From Candidatus Fervidifonticultor quintus (GTDB lineage: Bacteria > Sysuimicrobiota > Sysuimicrobiia > Sysuimicrobiales > Humicultoraceae): DNA of 64,000 nucleotides. The position numbers were made by a program, and so were the translations under genes. Under the pieces are notes generated by a model. The model was not told where the DNA came from. It worked only from the letters and a program-made list of their open reading frames with translations, and did no database searches. Location of the stretch: the NCBI GenBank assembly GCA_031459535.1, contig JAVKIJ010000001.1, forward strand, positions 68,503-132,502, in the 5' to 3' direction. Within the stretch, counting starts at the first letter, position 1, and each line of letters begins with the position of its first letter. Shown here piece by piece: positions 56,335 through 64,000 of the stretch.

Positions 56335-57534
56335 GTGACAGCCATCGAACGGCGCATTCGCGAGTACGCACAACGGGCTCGGGCCGTGCAGGCCGCTGGG
56401 CTCTACTTCTACCTCCAACCCGTTGACGCCATTGACGGAGCCTTCGTGACCATCCGAGGCCGGCGCATGCTGCTGGCGTCTTCCTACTCGTACCTGGGAC
56501 TGCTCGGGCACCCGGCCATCCAGGCCGCCGCGCAGGAGGCGGTGGCGCGCTACGGCACGGGCACGCACGGTGTGCGACTGCTGGCCGGCAACACCGACCT
56601 GCACGACCACATGGAGGCCCGCATCGCCCGATTCGTCGGCGCCGAGGCGGCCGCCGTCTACTCCAGCGGCTACCTGGCCAACGTGGCCGCGATCTCGGCG
56701 CTGCTTGGCCGCGACGACGTGGTGGTCTGCGACAAACTCGACCATGCCAGCATCGTGGACGGATGCCTGCTCTCCGGGGCCCGCTTCGTTCGGGTGCCGC
56801 ACAACGACATCGAGGCCTTCGAACGGGCCCTGGCCAAGGTGCCCGCCTCGGTCAGCAAGCTGGTGGTCGTCGACGCGGTCTTCAGCATGGATGGCGACGT
56901 CATCGACCTGCCGCCGCTCGTGGACGCCTGCCGGCGCCACGGTGCCTGGCTCATGGTAGATGAGTCCCACTCGCTGGGTGTGCTGGGCGACCGCGGGCAG
57001 GGGATCGAGGCCCACTTCGGCCTGCCCGGGGTCATCGACGTCAAGATGAGCTCCCTGTCGAAGAGCATCCCGTCGGCTGGTGGCCACATCGCCGGCTCCC
57101 GGGACCTGGTCACGTATCTCAAACATGCCTCACGCGCGTTCGTGTTTTCCGCGGCACTGCCCCCGGCCAGCGCGGCGGCCATTCTGGCGTCTCTCGACAT
57201 CATGGAGGCGGAGCCAGAGCGGGTGACGCGCGTCCAGGCCCTGTCGCGGCGCCTGCGCTCGGCACTGCGGGCCGGCGGAATCCCGGTGCGGGAGGACCCG
57301 ACGCCGATCGTGCCGGTCATCACCGGCGACGACGAGGCGGCCATGCGGATCGCCCGCTACCTGGACGATCACGACATCTTCGCGCTGCCCATCGTCTCGC
57401 CCGCGGTGCCGCCCAAGACGAGCCGTCTGCGCATCACCGTCACCGCCGCACACAGCGAAGCCGACGCGGACCGGATCGCCTCGGCTCTGGTCGCGGCCTG
57501 GCACACGGTCATCCCGACTCCTACCACGCCCTGA
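56335..57534 (+). CDS. PLP-dependent alpha-oxoamine synthase (BioF/Kbl/Spt family)
   Basis: SYLGL, DKLDHASIVDG, VFSMDGD, DESHSLG, SLSKS. Confidence 0.88.
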   Translation: MTAIERRIREYAQRARAVQAAGLYFYLQPVDAIDGAFVTIRGRRMLLASSYSYLGLLGHPAIQAAAQEAVARYGTGTHGVRLLAGNTDLHDHMEARIARFVGAEAAAVYSSGYLANVAAISALLGRDDVVVCDKLDHASIVDGCLLSGARFVRVPHNDIEAFERALAKVPASVSKLVVVDAVFSMDGDVIDLPPLVDACRRHGAWLMVDESHSLGVLGDRGQGIEAHFGLPGVIDVKMSSLSKSIPSAGGHIAGSRDLVTYLKHASRAFVFSAALPPASAAAILASLDIMEAEPERVTRVQALSRRLRSALRAGGIPVREDPTPIVPVITGDDEAAMRIARYLDDHDIFALPIVSPAVPPKTSRLRITVTAAHSEADADRIASALVAAWHTVIPTPTTP

Positions 57535-57706
57535 GCCGCCATCAGGTGTTTAACCGACGGCAGGCCGATCCGGGGCTGGGGGCGCAGGACCCTGGGCAGG
57601 AGCGCCCGCATCCCGCTCCTAATCAGCGAAGCGAGGGGACTGTTCGTGGCCCAGCGGCTGGGGCCGTGCGGGGTCCCAGACGATCCCCTGAAAGGGGGAG
57701 CCGGGT

Positions 57707-58561
57707 GTGAGTGACTTCCTGAACATCATCTGGATCCTGCTCCTGTTGCAGGCCTTCATCCCGTTGTTCCAGCGCCAGATGCTGGCCGCGCGCCGGCTCG
57801 CGATGATCCGCCTGCTGGAGCGCAAGCGTCAGTCGCGGGTCATCACCATGATCCACCGACAGGAGACCATGAGCCTGCTGGGGATTCCCATTGCGCGATA
57901 CATCGACATCGAAGACTCGGAACTGGTGCTCCGGGCCATCCGGATGACGCCGCCGGAGATGCCCATCGATCTTGTCGTGCACACTCCGGGGGGCCTGGTA
58001 CTGGCTGCGGAACAGATCGCCTGCGCGCTCAAGCGCCACAAGGGAAAGGTGACCGTGCTGGTGCCGCACTATGCCATGTCCGGGGGCACGCTGGTGGCGC
58101 TGGCCGCGGACGAGATCGTGATGGATCCGGACGCAGTGTTGGGTCCGGTGGACCCACAGTTGGGCAGCCAGCAGGGCGGCTACTACCCCGCTGCCTCGAT
58201 CCTCAAGGCGCTGGACCAGCCGAATCCCAACCGCGACGACCACACGCTGATCCTCGGAGACATGGCCAGGAAGGCGATCGATCAGGTCCGCGAGACCGTG
58301 CGCACGCTGCTGCTCGAGCACCACAGCCCCGAGAAGGCGGCCGAGATCGCGTCGATGCTGAGCGAAGGTCGCTGGACCCACGACTACCCCATTACCTATG
58401 AAGAAGCCAGGGAGTTGGGGCTGCTGGTCAGCGACCGCATGCCGGTGGAAGTCTACCATCTGATGGATCTCTACCCGCAGACGCGCCAGCGGCGGCCCGG
58501 CGTGGAGTTCATTCCGGCACCGTATCATCCAGGAGCGCCTCCACGCGGCGGCGAGCGTTGA
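57707..58561 (+). CDS. SDH-family ClpP-fold serine protease (DUF114)
   Basis: HRQE, HTPGG, AMSGGT, LGPVDPQ, WTHDYP. Confidence 0.88.
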   Translation: MSDFLNIIWILLLLQAFIPLFQRQMLAARRLAMIRLLERKRQSRVITMIHRQETMSLLGIPIARYIDIEDSELVLRAIRMTPPEMPIDLVVHTPGGLVLAAEQIACALKRHKGKVTVLVPHYAMSGGTLVALAADEIVMDPDAVLGPVDPQLGSQQGGYYPAASILKALDQPNPNRDDHTLILGDMARKAIDQVRETVRTLLLEHHSPEKAAEIASMLSEGRWTHDYPITYEEARELGLLVSDRMPVEVYHLMDLYPQTRQRRPGVEFIPAPYHPGAPPRGGER

Positions 58562-58683
58562 TGCATCGTCCGTTGGTGGCGGCGATCCACGGAGGCGTGG
58601 GCACCGGCCCGACGATCTCGCTGGGGAGGTCGTCAGTGTAGCGCGAAGGGCTCTCCTGGTTTCAACGAGTGGAGGGGATCGAG

Positions 58684-59646
58684 ATGGGGGACCAGTTCCC
58701 GAAGGTCAAGGCGGCGGTCGTGCAGGCCGCCCCGGTGTTGATGGACCGCGAAGCGACCATCGAGAAGGCCAGCCGGCTCATCGACGACGCCGCCGGAGCG
58801 GGCGCACGGCTGATCGTGTTCCCCGAGGCGTTCATTCCGGCCTATCCCTGGGGCGTCCGATTCGGGACACACGTGGGCGGCCGCAGCTCGCCGGGCCGAG
58901 CGGCCTGGGCGCGGTACTGGGCCAACGCGGTGGAGGTGCCGAGCCCCGCCACCGAAGCGCTCGGCGCGGCCGCGCGGCGCGCACAGGCCTACCTGGCCAT
59001 CGGCGTCATCGAGCGCGATGCGGCCTACAGCCGCGGCACGCTGTACTGCACGCTCCTCTACTTCGGCCCCGATGGGAGCCTGCTGGCCAAACACCGCAAG
59101 CTGATGCCCACCGCGGCCGAGCGGTACATCTGGGGCAGCGGCGACGGGAGCACGTTGCCCGCCCTCGCCACGCCGTACGGCCGGCTCGGCGGGCTCATCT
59201 GCTGGGAGAACTACATGCCGCTGGCGCGCATGGCCATGTACGCCAAGGGTGTGGAGCTGTACGTGGCGCCCACGGCTGACTCGCGTGAGCGGTGGCAGGC
59301 CACCATCCGGCACATCGCCCTGGAGGGCCGGTGCTTCGTCCTGTCGTGCTGCCAGTACGTGACGAAGGACATGTATCCTCCGGATTTCGAGGTGGCCGAC
59401 GAACTCGCCTCCGCACCCGAGGTGCTCTCGATGGGCGGGAGTGCCATCGTCGCGCCGCTGGGGGACTACCTGGCCGGACCGCTGGTCGGGCAGGAAGGGA
59501 TGCTACTGGCCGATCTGGATCTGTCACTGGTCGCCCAGGGCAAGTTCGATTTCGACGTGACCGGACACTACGCCCGGCCGGACGTGTTCCGCCTGGTGAT
59601 CAACGAGCAGCCGGCGCCGCCCGTGCAGACCCTGACGCCGTCCTAG
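58684..59646 (+). CDS. Nitrilase (carbon-nitrogen hydrolase branch 1)
   Basis: FPEAF, HRKLMPT, ICWEN catalytic triad; DVTGHYARPD. Confidence 0.92.
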   Translation: MGDQFPKVKAAVVQAAPVLMDREATIEKASRLIDDAAGAGARLIVFPEAFIPAYPWGVRFGTHVGGRSSPGRAAWARYWANAVEVPSPATEALGAAARRAQAYLAIGVIERDAAYSRGTLYCTLLYFGPDGSLLAKHRKLMPTAAERYIWGSGDGSTLPALATPYGRLGGLICWENYMPLARMAMYAKGVELYVAPTADSRERWQATIRHIALEGRCFVLSCCQYVTKDMYPPDFEVADELASAPEVLSMGGSAIVAPLGDYLAGPLVGQEGMLLADLDLSLVAQGKFDFDVTGHYARPDVFRLVINEQPAPPVQTLTPS

Positions 59647-60245
59647 GTGCCGCGCGCTCCTGGCGGCTTCGGCCGTGGCGGCAGATTGCGCGACGACCAG
59701 TCGTAGGCCGGGGAGTACCGATCGTAGTGGACGACCTCCTTGAGCGGCCGCCAGGGACGCTCGCGCGGCGGTTCATCGCCGTGGCCCAGGACGACCATGC
59801 CGATCGGGACCACGTGCGGGGGCAGTCCCAGGACCGCCTGGACGTGCTCCTCGTGCAGGTCGCCGATGAAGCCGCAGGCCAACCCCTCGTTGACCGCGCT
59901 CAGCATGAAGAGCAGCGCGGCGTACGCCACGTCCATGTAGAGGTACTTGCCGGCACCACGGGCGCCGTAGCGCTCGGCCTCGCGCAGTAGATTCCCGCAG
60001 AAGACCACGGTGACCTGACCGGCATCAGGTCGGGCCCCGCGGCTCCACGACGCGGCCGACAGTTCCGCGCGCACCTGGGGATCGCGGACGACGACCAGTT
60101 CCAGGGGCTGTGTGTGCCCGGCGCTGGGCGCACGCTGCGCGGCGCGCAGCAGCTGTCGCAGGACTGCCTCGGGTACCGGCTGGTCGGTGAAGTGCCGGAC
60201 CATGCGGCGGCGGCGCAGCACATCTCTGAAGTCCACGGCCGCCAT
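59643..60245 (-). CDS. Nitroreductase family protein
   Basis: RRMVRHF, APSAGHTQP, EGLACGFIG. Confidence 0.88.
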   Translation of the reverse strand: MAAVDFRDVLRRRRMVRHFTDQPVPEAVLRQLLRAAQRAPSAGHTQPLELVVVRDPQVRAELSAASWSRGARPDAGQVTVVFCGNLLREAERYGARGAGKYLYMDVAYAALLFMLSAVNEGLACGFIGDLHEEHVQAVLGLPPHVVPIGMVVLGHGDEPPRERPWRPLKEVVHYDRYSPAYDWSSRNLPPRPKPPGARGT

Positions 60246-60371
60246 CTTCTCCTCGGCGACAGACGACCTCTGCGCCCGTGCCGATGCAGGGCGAAGCGGA
60301 CCGAAGGGCACGCATTTGACGCCCGCAGTGGGCGGGCACTAGCATGAAGTGTATTCGTCTGGGGGTGGCCC

Positions 60372-61160
60372 ATGGCCGACCGTACCGTGATCGTGACGGG
60401 CGCGTCCAGCGGTATCGGTGAGGCGGTGGCTCGCGCGTTCGGCCGCGCCGGCGACCGCGTGGTCCTCGTGGCGCGGCGGGTCGACCGGCTCGAGGCACTG
60501 GCCGCCGACCTGCCAGATAGCCTGGTGGTGACCGCTGACCTCTCGCGCCCCGACCACGTTGCCCGGGTCGCCGATGCCACGCTGTCCCGCTTCGGAGTGA
60601 TCGACGTGCTCGTCAACAACGCCGGGCTGGGCCGATACGACTGGCTGGAGCGGCTCTCCCACGAGGACATCGTCGGCCAGGTGGACGTCAATCTCGTAGC
60701 GCCCATCCTGCTGACGCGCGCCGTGCTGCCGGCCATGCAGCGTCAGCGCCGCGGCGTGATCATCAACATCTGCTCGGTCGCCGGCAAGATCGGGACGCCC
60801 ACCACATCCATCTACAACGCCACCAAGTTCGGCCTGGACGGGTTCAGCCAGGCGATGCGTCGCGAGTTGCTGCCGCAAGGCATTCACGTCTGCGTCATCT
60901 ATCCGGGACCGACGTCCGGGACCGAGTTCGGGGCCCAGGCGAAGCGCGTGACGGTACGTGGTGCGAGCGCGCCCTGGCTGCGCACGACCACCGAGGCGGT
61001 CGCCCGGGCGATCGTGGATCTAGCAGACCGACCGCGGCCCCGGCGGGTAATCCCGCCGATCTACGGTGTGATGATCGCCGTCAACCACGCCGCGCCGGCC
61101 CTGGTGGACCGGTTGGTTGCGCGGGCGACGGCCGCTGCGCGGAGGGGGGCGGGAGCGTGA
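60372..61160 (+). CDS. SDR family oxidoreductase
   Basis: TGASSGIG, VNNAG, YNATK. Confidence 0.92.
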   Translation: MADRTVIVTGASSGIGEAVARAFGRAGDRVVLVARRVDRLEALAADLPDSLVVTADLSRPDHVARVADATLSRFGVIDVLVNNAGLGRYDWLERLSHEDIVGQVDVNLVAPILLTRAVLPAMQRQRRGVIINICSVAGKIGTPTTSIYNATKFGLDGFSQAMRRELLPQGIHVCVIYPGPTSGTEFGAQAKRVTVRGASAPWLRTTTEAVARAIVDLADRPRPRRVIPPIYGVMIAVNHAAPALVDRLVARATAAARRGAGA

Positions 61161-61992
61161 TCTTCGCGGCGCGTCCGAACCGTCCCACGAACCTGACCGC
61201 GCGGGGCCCCGTGCGCGTGGGGCGATCGTACGCCCAGGCCAGAATCCTCATTCCCTCCCTCAATGGGTAGTCGAGGCGTGAGCGCTCACCGGGACCCGAC
61301 GTGTCGATGCTTCCCGGGCCGACGCCGCACGCGGACTGGAGCAGACGGTCCAGGTGCTCCAGGAACACCGGCGGGCCCACGAACGCCAGGGAGCGGAGCC
61401 CCCGTGGCGATGGCGTCCTCGCCCCCGAGCCACCAAAGGGCGGGCGCAGACGGCTCCCCTCGAGGTAGCCCCGCACGAAGTCGGGCAAGCAGGTCGGTGG
61501 GATGAACTCCACGGGAACCACCGACTCGGCCGCCGTGCCCGCGATGCCCCACTGGCGGAGGACCTCGACCAGATGGCGATCCCGCACGTAGGCCTGGCGG
61601 CCGTCGAGGTTGCTGTCGGCCAGCTCCACGGCGGCGTGCCCGATGACTAGGTCGTGGAGGAGCGTCTCGATGTGCGGCTCATCCGCGGGATGGATGGCCA
61701 GGATCAGTGTGCTGTAGGCGTGCTGGCCCAGGACGCGGCCAGCTGCGGCGATGTAGCCCAACCAGTAGATCTGCACCGGCGCGTCCGACGGTAGCTCGTG
61801 ACGGGCCAACCCGTAGGGCGTGGCTAGCCCGCAGACCTGACTCGTCGCCTTGAGGAAGCCCGCCACCACCAGCGGCGGCAGACCGTGCTCGGCGGCAATC
61901 TCGGCCGTCGACAGCCCGGCCGCGTACTCGGCATGGATCTGATAAATGATCCGAGGATCGGGCCTGAAGGCATTCGTCTGGAGGGATCTCAC
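61081..61992 (-). CDS. HTH plus degenerate double-LAGLIDADG domain protein
   Basis: GLSTAEIAAEHGL HTH; YWLGYIAAAG and FVRGYLEGS helices. Confidence 0.65.
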   Translation of the reverse strand: MRSLQTNAFRPDPRIIYQIHAEYAAGLSTAEIAAEHGLPPLVVAGFLKATSQVCGLATPYGLARHELPSDAPVQIYWLGYIAAAGRVLGQHAYSTLILAIHPADEPHIETLLHDLVIGHAAVELADSNLDGRQAYVRDRHLVEVLRQWGIAGTAAESVVPVEFIPPTCLPDFVRGYLEGSRLRPPFGGSGARTPSPRGLRSLAFVGPPVFLEHLDRLLQSACGVGPGSIDTSGPGERSRLDYPLREGMRILAWAYDRPTRTGPRAVRFVGRFGRAAKITLPPPSAQRPSPAQPTGPPGPARRG

Positions 61993-62134
61993 CTACCAAG
62001 TGTAGCACTTCTGGGGATCTGGCGCCCTCGGGCAGCGCTGGCGCCGTCATCTGCATATGGTCGCTGGGGCAGGAGCGGCCACGCCGCGCCCCGAACCCTC
62101 TGCAGCGTTTGCACCCACGCCCGGGGGAGTCGCG

Positions 62135-63076
62135 GTGAGCCCTGTTGTCCGATGGATCGACATCTGCACGCTGGCCAGCGGCGCGCCCCTGCGCGTGGCT
62201 GTCCATGAGATCGCCGGGGCGCGCGACGGTCCGACGCTGGGTGTCTCGGCGCTGATCCACGGCGACGAGATCACCGGGCCCGAGATCGTCCGCCGGCTGG
62301 TCCGGGCGCTCGATCCCGACCGGCTGCGCGGCCGGGTGCGGCTGGTGCCGGTGGCCAACCCGCTGGCCTTCCAGGCCCTGACGCGGGGCATGCCCCTTGC
62401 GGTCGAGAACAGCAACCTCAACCGGGTCTTCCCGGGCGATCCGGCGCTGGACCTGCCGGCGCGGCTGGCCCACGCCCTCGAGACTGAGTTCATCGACGGC
62501 CTCACCCATCTGGTAGACCTTCATGCCGGCGGGACCTTTCCGATCGTGGACTACTGCATCAGCCTCCGCGATCTAGACATGGCGCTGGCGTTTGGCCAGC
62601 GGGTGGTCCGACAGGTGGAAGGCTACGCGGGCACGATGGGTGCCCTGGCCGCGGCCAGGGGCAAGCCCACCCTGGTGGCCGAGCTCGGCGGTGGCTATGT
62701 CCTCGATGACCAGTACGTCGAGATGGGGATGCGGGGCGTGCTCAACGTCATGCGCCACCTGGGCATGCTGGACGGCCGGCCCCAGCTTCCGGACTCGCAG
62801 ACCGTTGTGCGGGAGGTCGCCACGCTGCGTCCCGGGCACGGCGGGCTGCTCTACTCGCACGTCGGCCCTCAGCAGATGCATCAAGAGGTCCCGGGAGGCG
62901 CGGTGCTCGGCAGCGTCATCTCTCCGTTCACCTTCGACACGCTGGAGGAGCTGCGGGCGCCATTTGCGCGCAACGTGCTCCTCCTGTTGCGCTCGGGGAT
63001 CACCGCCGTCAATCCCGGAGACTACGCCTACATGCTGGGAAATCTTGAGGGCGCCCGGACCGTTGCACACCCATAG
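62135..63076 (+). CDS. Succinylglutamate desuccinylase/aspartoacylase family (M14-like)
   Basis: HGDE, NLNRVFPG, DLHAG, AELGGG. Confidence 0.9.
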   Translation: MSPVVRWIDICTLASGAPLRVAVHEIAGARDGPTLGVSALIHGDEITGPEIVRRLVRALDPDRLRGRVRLVPVANPLAFQALTRGMPLAVENSNLNRVFPGDPALDLPARLAHALETEFIDGLTHLVDLHAGGTFPIVDYCISLRDLDMALAFGQRVVRQVEGYAGTMGALAAARGKPTLVAELGGGYVLDDQYVEMGMRGVLNVMRHLGMLDGRPQLPDSQTVVREVATLRPGHGGLLYSHVGPQQMHQEVPGGAVLGSVISPFTFDTLEELRAPFARNVLLLLRSGITAVNPGDYAYMLGNLEGARTVAHP

Positions 63077-63108
63077 CACGGGGAGCACAGGCTGAAGGGG
63101 GGAGCGAC

Positions 63109-64000
63109 ATGCCACGTCGGATGAAGCGCCGCCAGTTCCTGGCAGAGACCACCAAGACCGGACTCGGGCTGTTCGCGCTGGCACAGCTCGGAGGTGTGAC
63201 CCTGGGGCTGGCCCAGGACGCGTCAGCGGGTGGCACCGAGCGGCTGACCCTGTTCGTCTGGTCAGGCCTCAACCTGCCCACCGTGGCCCATGAGGTGGCC
63301 AGGTTCTACATGCAGAACCATCATGGGGTCACCATCGACGTCCTCGAAGGTCAGAACTTCGAGATCTACCCCAAGATGGTCAGCACCCGGAAACTGACGC
63401 CGGATCGGCCGCTGGTCCACTTCGGCTACAGCAACACCCAGTTCACCTATCAGGGTGACGTGGACGACCTGTGGGAGTCCCTCGACCTGCGCAACATTCC
63501 CAATGCCGCCAACATCGCCGATGCCTACAAGCGACCGGGCAACAGGGGGATCGGGTTCTCCATCGCCCCAGTCGGCCTGATGTACAACACCAATTTTGTG
63601 AAAGAACCGCCCACCAGCTGGACCGATATGTGGCACCCGCGGTTCCGCGGCAAACTCACCTCGATCAAGTATGCGTGGTACGCCAACGGCCTGGTCATCG
63701 CCGCCAGGCTGAACGGTGGGAGCGAGAAGAACATCGACCCGGGGTTCAAGCTGTGGAGCGAGCGCGCCAGTCAGTTCGTGGCTTTTGCCAACAGCAACGT
63801 GGAGACCCGGGACCTGGTGGTGCGGGGCGACGCCTGGATCGCCGCCATGTTCGGCGGCAACGTGCTGGCGTGGAAGGAGCAGGGCGCTCCCATCGACTTC
63901 GCGATCCCGCGGGAGGGGACCATCGCCTTCCCGCTCTTCCTGGTGGTCGTCAAGGGGGTCAGCCCGCAGCAGAAGCGGATCGCCGAGGACGTGATCAACC
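63109..64000 (+). CDS. Tat-exported ABC substrate-binding protein (PotD-like), runs off the window
   Basis: MPRRMKRRQFL twin-arginine signal; GLMYN..KEPPTSW, IPREG; not listed in the ORF track because it has no stop in the window. Confidence 0.85.
   Translation, partial: MPRRMKRRQFLAETTKTGLGLFALAQLGGVTLGLAQDASAGGTERLTLFVWSGLNLPTVAHEVARFYMQNHHGVTIDVLEGQNFEIYPKMVSTRKLTPDRPLVHFGYSNTQFTYQGDVDDLWESLDLRNIPNAANIADAYKRPGNRGIGFSIAPVGLMYNTNFVKEPPTSWTDMWHPRFRGKLTSIKYAWYANGLVIAARLNGGSEKNIDPGFKLWSERASQFVAFANSNVETRDLVVRGDAWIAAMFGGNVLAWKEQGAPIDFAIPREGTIAFPLFLVVVKGVSPQQKRIAEDVIN

Noticed and set aside
1-64000. CRISPR array, rRNA or prophage
   Set aside because: No regularly spaced repeats, cas, rRNA or phage structural genes were recognised

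Overview
GC-rich bacterial chromosome segment with about 70 CDS. It starts at the conserved tpiA-secG-tRNA-Leu(GAG) locus, interrupted by an antisense persulfide/sulfur-stress operon (PDO-type thioredoxin, CstR-like repressor, MBL-rhodanese fusion, DUF302, FmdB-type zinc ribbon, rhodanese, Hsp20). The FmdB gene has an in-frame UGA followed by a SECIS-like hairpin. The most notable feature lies just after the tRNA: a ~7 kb module bracketed by two convergent fluoride (crcB-class) riboswitches, with no Fluc or CLC-F exporter. One riboswitch leads a CPA2-type antiporter and a USP. The other leads a tightly coupled six-gene operon: two paralogous RHH-like/coiled-coil proteins, a DUF6062-like double-zinc-motif protein, a TPR protein and two truncated MutS-family ATPases. 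Further on are a frameshifted IS, an archaeal FOR-like tungsten aldehyde oxidoreductase with MoaD, and a large uncharacterised catabolic region (ROK, two DUF3604-like hydrolases, Gfo/Idh/MocA, DHDPS-like, several ABC systems). The rest holds panB/panE, a Ser/Cys proline-racemase-family gene, an ATP-dependent DNA ligase, a nitrilase and an apparently inactive HTH-LAGLIDADG protein. All calls come from motif recognition by eye; no database searches were run, and several start codons are best estimates.
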